From IMG/VR virus record IMGVR_UViG_3300020204_000006: 64,000 nt of DNA, one strand, 5' to 3'. The DNA comes from a virus. Shown here piece by piece: positions 25,031 through 33,892 of the stretch. Position numbers and translations under genes: made by a program. The first letter of the stretch is position 1; each line of letters begins with the position of its first letter. The notes beneath the pieces are model-generated. The model saw only the letters and a list, made by a program, of their open reading frames with translations. It had not been told where the DNA came from and did not search any database.

Positions 25031-25609
25031 ATGGCTTTAATTGAAGTATATCACACCATTGCCAGTAACTTTTTAGTTGATAGCAACTCTGCTACAATTA
25101 AGGAAGGAATGGGCGTAGAGCTCGTTCCAGGAGACAATGTTCCTGCAGTAAAAAGAAAGGCAACTGGAGCGAACGTATGCATAGGAATAGCTGGAGACAG
25201 TAAGTCTTCAACTGGTCCTAACAAGCCCTATGGCGCTAGCGTTGTTGTTAGCGGCACAGGAACAGTTGTCGCCACTCAGAATCGTGTTAGTGACATGTTC
25301 AATGAAACAACTGCTTCTGGCAGGGTAACTGTGTATCACGGCGTAGGTGAGTTCTTCACCGACCAATGGGACACAACACTTGCCACTGGTTCTTGGCAAG
25401 TTGGTGGTGCTCTGTACGTAAACGCTTCTGGTCTCATAACTGCGACAAGTAGTGGAAACCAGATCGGTCGTTTGCTTGCAGCTCCTGCTCCATATCCAAG
25501 CGGCGTTCCTGGTGGTTTTGACGATCCAGATTCACGCGTGGACAGCACTGTTGTAGATGGAAGTACCTCGTTGGGATCTTTCATACATTTTGCAATGAAC
25601 GTTCAGTAA
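25031..25609 (+). CDS. Head decoration/cement protein (putative)
   Basis: AAGGA SD; small beta-rich Gly/Ala/Thr protein directly before the major capsid gene; same high-expression codon style. Confidence 0.6.
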   Translation: MALIEVYHTIASNFLVDSNSATIKEGMGVELVPGDNVPAVKRKATGANVCIGIAGDSKSSTGPNKPYGASVVVSGTGTVVATQNRVSDMFNETTASGRVTVYHGVGEFFTDQWDTTLATGSWQVGGALYVNASGLITATSSGNQIGRLLAAPAPYPSGVPGGFDDPDSRVDSTVVDGSTSLGSFIHFAMNVQ

Positions 25610-25647
25610 TTGTTAATATTATTTGAATTAGCAAGAATATTAACAAT
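25609..25647. other. Perfect 12-bp inverted repeat (ATTGTTAATATT / AATATTAACAAT, 15-nt loop) between decoration and capsid genes
   Basis: Read directly; ends just before the capsid SD (GGAAAGGA). Confidence 0.8.
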
Positions 25648-25668
25648 AATAGGAAAGGAACATTAAAT

Positions 25669-26541
25669 ATGTCTTATAACAAAGATGGTTTAACTCACAA
25701 TGAAAAGGAAGCAGTGATTGCTCAAGCACTCTCCACTGAGGAGGGCCGCGTGGCTCTTGCTCAGGCAATGGTTGAGCCAATTCGTCGTTCTCTTGAATAT
25801 CAGGCCATTGGTCGTAAGCTCCTCATGGTTGATGAGCTTCCCCAGGGTGCATTGCCCCGCTACGAGCGCGATGTTGCTTCTATAGCAACAGTAGTAGCTC
25901 GTCAGGGAGCAGTTCCTGATCAAATCCAAGAGGGTGAAGAAGTGCTCGTCCCAACCTTCGAAATCGCTGCTCACCCAACGATTCGTCTCTCTGAAATCAA
26001 GGCTCGTCGTTTCTACATTGTAGACCGCGCTCAGATCAAGGCCAAAGAGGCTATTCAGAAGGAAGAGGACAAGAACATCTTTGCAGCTCTTATCTTTGCT
26101 GCAGAGAATCGTGGCGATCAGGTTGTTGAAACAACCGCTGATCTCACCACGACTGCCCTCAATACTGCCTACAGATTCGTGGAGGAGCATGATCTTGTTG
26201 CAAGCAAGGTTGTCTGCCATCCCAAGCAGTATGCTACAATCAGAACCTTTGGAAAAGATTTCTACGATGAGGCAACAACTCGTGAAATCCTTACAACTGG
26301 TCTGTATGGCCACCTTTGGACAGCTGACATACACGTTAGTAGTCAGTTGAACTCTGTCAAGGTCATAGTCACTTCTAGCCCAGACACCGTTGGTGCCTTC
26401 CCAATTCGTCAGGACATTACTGTCCTTCCCGCAGACGATCCAAAGAAGCTACGCCTCGGCTGGGTCATCTATGAGGAAGTCGGAATCGTTGTAATGAATG
26501 ATTACGCTCTCTCTCTCATCCAAGTTGGTGGAACCACCTAA
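25669..26541 (+). CDS. Major capsid protein, HK97 fold (short, encapsulin-like size)
   Basis: Strong SD, strongest codon bias in the window, follows protease and decoration genes, ends at a strong terminator; MVEPIRRSLEYQAIGRKLLMVDELPQG..YERD, FEIAAHP, GWVIYEEVGIVV resemble HK97-type capsids. Confidence 0.85.
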   Translation: MSYNKDGLTHNEKEAVIAQALSTEEGRVALAQAMVEPIRRSLEYQAIGRKLLMVDELPQGALPRYERDVASIATVVARQGAVPDQIQEGEEVLVPTFEIAAHPTIRLSEIKARRFYIVDRAQIKAKEAIQKEEDKNIFAALIFAAENRGDQVVETTADLTTTALNTAYRFVEEHDLVASKVVCHPKQYATIRTFGKDFYDEATTREILTTGLYGHLWTADIHVSSQLNSVKVIVTSSPDTVGAFPIRQDITVLPADDPKKLRLGWVIYEEVGIVVMNDYALSLIQVGGTT

Positions 26542-26569
26542 TATCTCCTGATATCAGGTGTCAAAAAAT

Positions 26570-26604
26570 GGATCCGGTCCTCGAAAGAGGGCCGGATTCT
26601 TTTT
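26570..26604 (+). terminator. Rho-independent terminator of the head operon
   Basis: 13-bp stem GGATCCGGTCCTC / GAGGGCCGGATTC (two G-U pairs), GAAA loop, TTTTT tail. Confidence 0.9.
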
Positions 26605-26612
26605 ATTTAAAT

Positions 26613-26635
26613 AAAAAAAGCCATATTTCTATGGC
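26613..26635 (-). terminator. Rho-independent terminator for the minus-strand gene 26661..28004
   Basis: Minus strand reads GCCATA-GAAA-TATGGC-TTTTTTT. Confidence 0.7.
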
Positions 26636-26660
26636 GATTTTTATTTTTTATAAGCTTACA

Positions 26661-28004
26661 TTACTTGTTGTGTGCTATTTCTAGAAGAACTTTTTTGGCT
26701 TTTTCAAAGTTTCTTTCTAACACGAGACTAATAAATTCATGGACTTTATCATCATTTGTACTCTGAGAAAGATAATTAAAAACTCTTGTAAATGAAAGAT
26801 TTTCATTATTTGTCCATTTAACGAACTCTTCCACTCTTTTGTGCATTTCTGGTCCAGCATGCCATGATAGAAGTTCATGAGCGTGGTCATCAGTAGCAGA
26901 ATGTATTTTTACATTTTGTTTGTCATCATATTGTGAAAGTTGAGTTAACGATATAAACTCAAGAAGACCTCTTGCGCACTCGTAGACAAGCATTGGAAAA
27001 CAAACTGCTCTTGCTTTTATTATATATTTTCCCTTTTTTTGCCCTTCTGGTCTTTTTACTTCACTTGACCCAACCGCACCGCTAGCAGCGGCACCTGATT
27101 TTATAATATTTGCCCAATTTTCAGTAAAATAAACTGCATGATTCCCAGCTCCCATTTTTTTATAAAGAATTAATAATGGAGCCGGTAAATTTCTTATCAT
27201 ATCTTCCGTCCATTCCCAGCAATTTTTATATAAATTCATAGATGCACCTTGATTTAATGCATTTAGTGTTATCCTTCTATGAACTCCAGAAGTGGTGTCT
27301 TTTTCTTCATTATTTTCATCTCCGAACATTTCTTCCAGGTTTATTTCTGGTTTTTCATCTTTTTGAGGCATTTTCATGTTTGGGTTTTTTACTCTGTTGA
27401 CTTCAATTTGTCCAGGTAAAACTATTTTCGCATCCCATTCTATCATATTTGAATATCTATCGCAATCTAAATGAGAGCACACGCAGTTAATCGCTGCTTT
27501 TTCTAATTGAGGTCTATATTGGCCTTCCATGTTTATTATCTGGTAAGCAATATTTGCCATTTCTTGCATTGATGTTCCCGCTTCTGCTTTTTCAGCCTCA
27601 GCTATTGCCCTATGGCTTGCGGGGTGCAGCAATGTTTCTCCCCAAGCCTTTGATGAAAATATGGGATGTGTTGAAACAGTGCTTGTTGGATCTGCATTTA
27701 TTTCTTCATAATGATCTCTTATACCAGCGTGTGTTTTATCATGCCAAGCTAACTTAAATAAATTTGAGTTATTATAACCAGATGTTTTTATTTCTAGGTT
27801 TCTTGAGTTTTTTGGCCCTGGTATAGTTTCTGGTATTGTTGGTGTGTCTGGAGTTGGCCACTCATCTGGTTTTGTACCTGGTTCTGTACCTGGTTCTGTA
27901 CCTGGTTCTGTTTTTGGTGGAGCTACCGGAGCTGGAGCAGGTGCCGCAGGACCTAATTGGGTTCGAGCATCTTTTTCGTGAAATAAATTAAATAAGTTTT
28001 CCAT
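26661..28004 (-). CDS. Hypothetical protein, 447 aa, only substantial minus-strand gene; Pro-rich N-terminus
   Basis: GAGGT SD on the minus strand; own terminator; no + strand gene overlaps it. Confidence 0.85.
   Translation of the reverse strand: MENLFNLFHEKDARTQLGPAAPAPAPVAPPKTEPGTEPGTEPGTKPDEWPTPDTPTIPETIPGPKNSRNLEIKTSGYNNSNLFKLAWHDKTHAGIRDHYEEINADPTSTVSTHPIFSSKAWGETLLHPASHRAIAEAEKAEAGTSMQEMANIAYQIINMEGQYRPQLEKAAINCVCSHLDCDRYSNMIEWDAKIVLPGQIEVNRVKNPNMKMPQKDEKPEINLEEMFGDENNEEKDTTSGVHRRITLNALNQGASMNLYKNCWEWTEDMIRNLPAPLLILYKKMGAGNHAVYFTENWANIIKSGAAASGAVGSSEVKRPEGQKKGKYIIKARAVCFPMLVYECARGLLEFISLTQLSQYDDKQNVKIHSATDDHAHELLSWHAGPEMHKRVEEFVKWTNNENLSFTRVFNYLSQSTNDDKVHEFISLVLERNFEKAKKVLLEIAHNK
27873..27908 (-). 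repeat. 3 x 12-nt tandem repeat encoding (EPGT)n in the N-terminus of 26661..28004
   Basis: + strand TGTACCTGGTTC three times. Confidence 0.9.
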
Positions 28005-28029
28005 AATTACCTCAAATTTATTGGTATGA

Positions 28030-28060
28030 TATTAATACTGTTATCAGAGGAGAAAACCTT
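28030..28060 (-). promoter_or_regulatory. Candidate promoter AAGG-N21-TTAATA for the minus-strand gene; adjacent 12-bp palindrome CTTTTATAAAAG (28058-28069)
   Basis: Divergent intergenic region; same box pair as at 6203 and 13220. Confidence 0.3.
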
Positions 28061-28078
28061 TTATAAAAGTATTTTAAC

Positions 28079-28234
28079 ATGAAGAGAATATTAATGAAAT
28101 ACGTTTTTTCTAAAAAGTATAAAGAATATAAAGTCAATCCGTGGGCTGTGTGTACTAATTCTGTTGGAAGAGAAGACAAGAAAAAGTACGAGAGATGTGT
28201 TAAAAAAGTTAAAAAGTCCAAATCTAACAAATAG
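28079..28234 (+). CDS. 51-aa basic protein not in the ORF track (MKRILMKYVFSKKYKEYKVNPWAVCTNSVGREDKKKYERCVKKVKKSKSNK)
   Basis: Fills the gap before 28259; NPWAVC...ERCV two-cysteine motif; co-oriented with the downstream operon. Confidence 0.65.
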   Translation: MKRILMKYVFSKKYKEYKVNPWAVCTNSVGREDKKKYERCVKKVKKSKSNK

Positions 28235-28258
28235 TATATATAAAGTCGATAATTCAGT

Positions 28259-29620
28259 ATGATTATAAAAAATCTACTGGACATGGACCTTGCATTAGTC
28301 GAGTCCAATTTTACACTTAAACCAGGGCAAAATAAATGCCCTGATTTTTTACTTTTTAAACATAAAAATTTATTAGATCTTCATAAATTAAAAAAAATTG
28401 AAATAGTACCAGAAGAATTTGATAAAGAAGAGATTAAAAACTTAATAAGTAATACAAAGGTAATTGGTCAAAAAAACAGTCCTTCTTTTAATTCTGTTAC
28501 TGATAAATTTGATGTATCAATAAGGGGTCAATTCTATGATTATAGTGGTTATGCAAAAGTCAACAGGATGGCCGTTTCTTGTATAAAAAATACATTTAAT
28601 GTAGCAATAGATCCAATAGATGGTGGTAATAAAAATTTATCTGGATCTGATTTAGAATGGTTTAATGGAATTAATGTTTCTTCACGTGCTGACTGTAAAA
28701 TAGACAGCATAGTCCCTAGTAATACCTATGCAAGTCATGGTAAATTTAATAAAAGAATTCTTTACACAACAATAGAAACTTCAACTGTAAATAAAGATAT
28801 TGTAAAAATAATTAATTCATACGATCACATATGGACTACCAGTAATTTTTGTAAAAATGCAATGCTTTCTAGTGGCATATCCAGAAATATAGAAATTATA
28901 CCAGGTGCTATAAATATTTCTGATTATGAAAATATTATTCCATTTACCATGAAAAGCCAGTTAAAGCCGTTTGTATTTATAAGTGTTTTTAATTGGAACT
29001 ACAGAAAAGCACCAGAAGTTTTGATTAAATCTTATATAAGAGAGTTTTCATCAAAAGATGATGTATCCTTAATACTTATTTGCAGGTCTGACAAGAATTG
29101 CAATAATCCTAAGGACATTAAAAATAAAGTAGATCAAATTATAAAATCAGAATCAAAAGGAGATCTAACGCCTCATATAGTCAGATACTCTAACCCTCTT
29201 TCTGAAATTGATCTAAGAAGGCTTTATAAAACCTGTAACGTTTATGTTCAGCCTTCTCGAGGCGAGGGATATGGACTTCCTTATTTAGAGGCCTCTATGG
29301 TTGGTTTGCCAGTAATATCAACCAAGTGGGGTGGTCAATTAGATTTTTTAGACGACAAAAATTCAACTCTAGTTGAAATAGATAGGCTTGAACAACTTTC
29401 TGACTCTACAGGAAAAACTGGAGTTTATTTTTGGGATTCTGAATCTATGCCTTATTTAATGTCAAATGATTTTATTAGTAATTTTGGTTTGGCGATGAGA
29501 TATAACTACAATAATTATAACAAGTGTGTAAATAGGGCAAAAATGGTAAAAGAAAAAATATTAAAAAATCATAGTATGGAAAGTGTTTCTTTACTATTAA
29601 AAGAGGCAATACTAAAATGA
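28259..29620 (+). CDS. GT-B fold (GT4-like) glycosyltransferase with N-terminal extension
   Basis: GQFYDYSGYAKVNR, FISVFNWNYRKAPE, VQPSRGEGYGLPYLEASMVGLPVIST (ExxG..E motif). Confidence 0.88.
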   Translation: MIIKNLLDMDLALVESNFTLKPGQNKCPDFLLFKHKNLLDLHKLKKIEIVPEEFDKEEIKNLISNTKVIGQKNSPSFNSVTDKFDVSIRGQFYDYSGYAKVNRMAVSCIKNTFNVAIDPIDGGNKNLSGSDLEWFNGINVSSRADCKIDSIVPSNTYASHGKFNKRILYTTIETSTVNKDIVKIINSYDHIWTTSNFCKNAMLSSGISRNIEIIPGAINISDYENIIPFTMKSQLKPFVFISVFNWNYRKAPEVLIKSYIREFSSKDDVSLILICRSDKNCNNPKDIKNKVDQIIKSESKGDLTPHIVRYSNPLSEIDLRRLYKTCNVYVQPSRGEGYGLPYLEASMVGLPVISTKWGGQLDFLDDKNSTLVEIDRLEQLSDSTGKTGVYFWDSESMPYLMSNDFISNFGLAMRYNYNNYNKCVNRAKMVKEKILKNHSMESVSLLLKEAILK

Positions 29621-30150
29621 AAATATTCAAAGAAAACGGTTTTGTTTTTATAATAGATGATGGAAATTTTTTCAAAATGACAGAACAAGATTTCGTTAAT
29701 TCTTGTAAAAAATTTAGCGGAGTTGAATTTGAAGAGTTAGTTTCATCTTCTCAAAAGATAAACACCATGGTTAACAAAGTTAGCAATGATGAATTAAAAT
29801 GGATAAGGATGCCAAGAAAATCTTGTCTTATAATAGAAGATGTTGATCCTGTAATAAGATTTAATGGTATTTATGATGTTAAAAGCGTAGATTCCATAAT
29901 AAAAACTTACGGAAAAATACCTGATCAAATAAATATGTATGTATCGATGGGTAAACTTGAAATGATAACAGACGATGCTGCAAAGTCTATTTTGATAGAA
30001 AAAGAAAATTTTCATAAAGAAAAACCAAAAACAAAAAAAGAAATTAAAAGGAGAGATGGAGTTTCGGTTTCTGATGAATCTGATGACGAATTTGAATCTG
30101 ATTCAATGGAAGACAGATTAATAAGAAATGCAAAGAGAATTAATATATGA
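29617..30150 (+). CDS. Hypothetical protein
   Basis: 177-aa ORF, ATGA-coupled both sides. Confidence 0.7.
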   Translation: MKIFKENGFVFIIDDGNFFKMTEQDFVNSCKKFSGVEFEELVSSSQKINTMVNKVSNDELKWIRMPRKSCLIIEDVDPVIRFNGIYDVKSVDSIIKTYGKIPDQINMYVSMGKLEMITDDAAKSILIEKENFHKEKPKTKKEIKRRDGVSVSDESDDEFESDSMEDRLIRNAKRINI

Positions 30151-30878
30151 TAAATGTCATACTTTCACCCACAGAAAATGATGTTTTGTTTTTTGCAAGA
30201 CATTTTATGATTTCTAATATAGTTTTGAATCCTGATTATCAAATCCATGTTGTTGAAAATGATTCTTATAGAGCAGATTTTCTTTCAAGTGTTTTTGGTA
30301 AAAAGATATCTTTAACAGATTTTTTCCCTTCAATAAAAGACCAGGAATATCTTTGCGTAAATTTTTGTTATGAAAATTGTATTAGTTTTTCAGGGCAGTC
30401 TAAAGTATTTAACTTTTTTTCTACAAATAATAAGTCGCTGTCGCCATGCGAATGGTCTAAAGATTTATACGATTGTATTTTTGAAAGAAGCACAGAAAAA
30501 AATCTCATAGAAATTTTTTGTTCTTCTTTTGCTTCTGTTTTTGGCTATAGTCCATTAAAAAACAGTTGGTCTTCGCTTAATCGACCTTCAATTTTGAGAA
30601 AATCAAACATATCTCAAAACGGCATTGCAGTGAGAAATGATGACGTAAGAATGATTATAAAGAGTAGTTTTTTTTCTGAGGATTCTAGGCTTTGGCACAT
30701 ACCAATCAAAAAAGATTTAAGTAAGAGATTTTTTGAAGTTAATGCTTGCGAAAATATAGTCACTGATGATTCTTTTTATGCCATGGTCTGTCTTGTGCTG
30801 GGCAAGAGAACTATTGTTCTTAGAGACAGTTTTACTTACTGTATAAATGATCCTTCAATAGAGTACATAGGGGTATAA
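30147..30878 (+). CDS. Hypothetical protein, possibly a degenerate GT-B (GT9-like) fold
   Basis: C-terminal ACENIVTDDSFYAMVCLVLGKRTIVL resembles the V-x-x-D-S...A-A-L-G-x-P-T-V-x-L pattern. Confidence 0.55.
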   Translation: MINVILSPTENDVLFFARHFMISNIVLNPDYQIHVVENDSYRADFLSSVFGKKISLTDFFPSIKDQEYLCVNFCYENCISFSGQSKVFNFFSTNNKSLSPCEWSKDLYDCIFERSTEKNLIEIFCSSFASVFGYSPLKNSWSSLNRPSILRKSNISQNGIAVRNDDVRMIIKSSFFSEDSRLWHIPIKKDLSKRFFEVNACENIVTDDSFYAMVCLVLGKRTIVLRDSFTYCINDPSIEYIGV

Positions 30879-30880
30879 AA

Positions 30881-31729
30881 TTGGAATACAAAAGCCCATC
30901 CATAAGAACAAAAAAAATAAATGACAGTTTTTACATAGATGATCTTAGCAAACCAAGAGTATACGAACCGCTTGATTTTGGATTTAATGTAGAATCATGT
31001 ATGCCAAGCGGATTGAATATAGCTATACTGGATTCTGGCCTGCCTAATCATAAGGATTTTTCCAATATCAAGGATGCTTCTCACGCATACTCTATAGACC
31101 TCCTGAATGTTAGATCTGATGTATTTGACAATACCGGTCACTCAACTGCAGTATCTGGTCTTATAGCATCTAGTAATCCATCTAGCCTGTACGGCCTTGC
31201 ACCAAATTGTAATTTCTTTTTTGGTAAAATACTTGATGATGAAAACAAGGGAGACATAAATAGTCTTGTTTCTGGTCTTCTTTGGAGTTTGGCGAAAAAC
31301 GTTGATATTATTATAATATCAAGCTACTCAGATTTTGATTCAAATATATTAAAAGATTGTATTAAAAAATGTTACAATTCAAATATATGTGTATTTGCTT
31401 CTAGGTTTTCCAATAAAATAGAAAGAAATGAATACCCGAGTACATATGACGAAGTTTTTAAATGTTCTGTAGGCGATAAGTTTGAAAAAAGTAGCATCAG
31501 CGACCTTGCAAAAAACATGTATCATATATGCTATAAAAATGTGCCATTTATAACATCTTATAGAAATGATAAATATCTTAAATTTTATGGATCCAGTGCA
31601 GTTTCTGCCATTTGTGGTGGTGTTGCAGCTCATTTAATATATAAATTAAAAAATGAAAATAAAAAGTTTTCTGTAAATAATATATATAGTACTCTTATAA
31701 ATAGCTTCAATACATCACATGAATTTTAA
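30881..31729 (+). CDS. Subtilisin-like serine peptidase (S8)
   Basis: Catalytic triad motifs IAILDSG (Asp), GHSTAVSGLIA (His), YGSSAVSAICGGVAA (Ser); TTG start. Confidence 0.8.
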   Translation: MEYKSPSIRTKKINDSFYIDDLSKPRVYEPLDFGFNVESCMPSGLNIAILDSGLPNHKDFSNIKDASHAYSIDLLNVRSDVFDNTGHSTAVSGLIASSNPSSLYGLAPNCNFFFGKILDDENKGDINSLVSGLLWSLAKNVDIIIISSYSDFDSNILKDCIKKCYNSNICVFASRFSNKIERNEYPSTYDEVFKCSVGDKFEKSSISDLAKNMYHICYKNVPFITSYRNDKYLKFYGSSAVSAICGGVAAHLIYKLKNENKKFSVNNIYSTLINSFNTSHEF

Positions 31730-32600
31730 AATTTATTTTACAGCAAATGATATTTCAAAAAAGTACTACGGGATAGTTTTTAATGAATCTCGTAAAGTTT
31801 TTGATTTCAATTCTAAAATATTTGTCTCTCCGGTTTCGGCATCAACTAATTATCACAAATATTTTTCATATCAATCTATAAAAAACTTTGAATTAGATTT
31901 GAATGCTTTTTCTTTTGTTGAGGGGAAATACGCTATAAATATAATGTCTCATGAGTCTTCGTCATCTGTCTCATATGAAAATGACACTTTAGAAACTGTT
32001 ATTGAAGGTATTTGGAACCCTTCTTTAAAAGACTTTGTTGACTCCAGAAATATAAATAATTATTACACTGGCAGATTAAGTACTTTTAATCCAAGAGCAG
32101 AAACTGTTGTCGCATCAAATTTTTCAGACGAATTTGCAAAAAAATCCTATGAGTTATTATCTAAGACATTTAATGCAAAAAACTTTTTTATTAATCTTTC
32201 ATCATCAGACAGTTCAAAATTTGGATTTTCTAATCTTGCCATCAAAGAAAACGGTATTTCTTTAGACATTTTTTCTGGTTGGACTGGCATAGATTATAAT
32301 AAAAATTATAATGTTCTTTTTAGAGACGGATTGTATGAAAAGCCATTTTTTTCATCTATTATAAAATTTAATTCAAATTCTATATCTTCATTAGAAAACT
32401 CTTTAATATCAAATTTGCTTAGTGGTGATTTCTCTTTAATAGTTCAGGATGCTAATGGGAAGGAAATAGTTAGAGGTTCAACAAGACAATCTGGACAGTC
32501 TTATTCTGTTGTTCCCAAGCCAGATTTATCTGGTGGTATATCTGTTGCCATTAAAAGAGGATCTATTTCTCAAAGGATTTCTATAAGAGGAGTGCAATAA
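31719..32600 (+). CDS. Hypothetical beta-rich protein (probable virion protein)
   Basis: 293-aa ORF, overlap-coupled. Confidence 0.7.
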   Translation: MNFKIYFTANDISKKYYGIVFNESRKVFDFNSKIFVSPVSASTNYHKYFSYQSIKNFELDLNAFSFVEGKYAINIMSHESSSSVSYENDTLETVIEGIWNPSLKDFVDSRNINNYYTGRLSTFNPRAETVVASNFSDEFAKKSYELLSKTFNAKNFFINLSSSDSSKFGFSNLAIKENGISLDIFSGWTGIDYNKNYNVLFRDGLYEKPFFSSIIKFNSNSISSLENSLISNLLSGDFSLIVQDANGKEIVRGSTRQSGQSYSVVPKPDLSGGISVAIKRGSISQRISIRGVQ

Positions 32601-32606
32601 TAAATT

Positions 32607-33605
32607 ATGGCAATTAGATCTATACCAGATAAAGTTGGAAATTTTTCACAAGGAACTTCCAATGCAATTTTTTTGAAAACATATTCTCCCACTGGAGAAG
32701 CTGAGGACATACAGAGTCCAAGTATAACTATAACTGATTCATCTAATGATGAGATAGTTCATGCATCAGCTACAAAAGCTGGTGATGGGTTTTATTTTTA
32801 TGAATGGGTAATTGCCAGAGATCAGCAAGAGGGAGAATATTCGATAGAGTGGAGTTATTTAAGTGACGGTAATGTTTCTTATGTTTATCAGACTGCAGTA
32901 GTAACAAACGCACCTTCTATATCAAATGCATACTTTGGTTTTGTTGCAGATTTAAAGACTAGCCTAGAATACCATTTAAGGGCTCCCATGAATATACCTG
33001 TTTATAAAGAAGAGGGCAGGCCTGTTGATAATTATACTACTTATAAATTTGCTTTTCCTAGATGGAATCAGTATCAGGGAGTAAAAGTTTATAGGAATCA
33101 AGAATTAATTCAAGATGGATTTTCTATAGATTTTTTTCATGGTAAAATAATATTTGATGTTCCAAATACAGAATATGATATTGTAAACTGTGATTATAAT
33201 TTTAGGTGGTTCTCTGATCCACAACTTATGGTTTTTCTTAATAATGGCGTACAAAGAATGAATATGTATCCGCCTGTTTGTTATCATTCCCTTGAAAGAA
33301 TGCCATCTAGATTTATTCCTATAGTTATATATTCGGCTGTTGTTGATGCTTTGCGCGAAATGATGTTATCGATACAGTTTCAGGAGCCTCAGCTTATTTT
33401 TGGATCTATAGAAAGATCTCAAAGTGTATTTGGTAATTTTGATACTTTAAAGAAAAATTACGAAGAAACCCTTAAGGGTATGTTGGATGCAAAAAAGTTT
33501 GGACCATATACTGGTCTTACTAGAATGGTCGTTGTTCCTGAGTATACTTTGCCAGGTGGTCGAAGTAGATATTTCAGATATTTATTTACAGGGTCTAACG
33601 TATGA
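32607..33605 (+). CDS. Putative neck/head-tail adaptor with N-terminal Ig-like domain
   Basis: N-terminal beta-sandwich pattern (PSITITD..GFYFYEW..GEYSIEW); C-terminal helical QLMVFLNNGVQRMNMYPP..IVIYSAVVDAL typical of adaptor proteins. Confidence 0.55.
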   Translation: MAIRSIPDKVGNFSQGTSNAIFLKTYSPTGEAEDIQSPSITITDSSNDEIVHASATKAGDGFYFYEWVIARDQQEGEYSIEWSYLSDGNVSYVYQTAVVTNAPSISNAYFGFVADLKTSLEYHLRAPMNIPVYKEEGRPVDNYTTYKFAFPRWNQYQGVKVYRNQELIQDGFSIDFFHGKIIFDVPNTEYDIVNCDYNFRWFSDPQLMVFLNNGVQRMNMYPPVCYHSLERMPSRFIPIVIYSAVVDALREMMLSIQFQEPQLIFGSIERSQSVFGNFDTLKKNYEETLKGMLDAKKFGPYTGLTRMVVVPEYTLPGGRSRYFRYLFTGSNV

Positions 33606-33892
33606 TTGATAAAAATAAATTAAGATTGGCTATTATGGATCCCAAGGTTACTTTTTTTGTTTTACCAAAAAGTTCTTTAATAGAAATGATAGTAAGAGGT
33701 GAAAACAATATAGTAAACAGCTTGCCTCTTGACTTAAAGACTGTTTTCCTTTCTAAAAAAGGTTTGGCAATAGAAAATGCTATGGTCGAAAAATATATTA
33801 ATGATACAATTGACGAAAAGCACAAGCTAATATTAGATAATTGTGAAATTAGAGTATTTCAAAAGACCGTAGAAGTTTCTGGAAAAAAATGA
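33602..33892 (+). CDS. Hypothetical protein
   Basis: 96-aa ORF, ATGA-coupled. Confidence 0.65.
   Translation: MIDKNKLRLAIMDPKVTFFVLPKSSLIEMIVRGENNIVNSLPLDLKTVFLSKKGLAIENAMVEKYINDTIDEKHKLILDNCEIRVFQKTVEVSGKK

Noticed and set aside
25690-26334. 214-aa antisense ORF opposite the capsid gene
   Set aside because: In exact codon register with the capsid gene; explained by avoidance of TTA/CTA/TCA codons
28018-28308. 96-aa minus-strand ORF from the track
   Set aside because: TTG start, hydrophobic low-complexity translation, overlaps the GT4 start; the + strand 51-aa ORF with a recognisable motif fits the gap better
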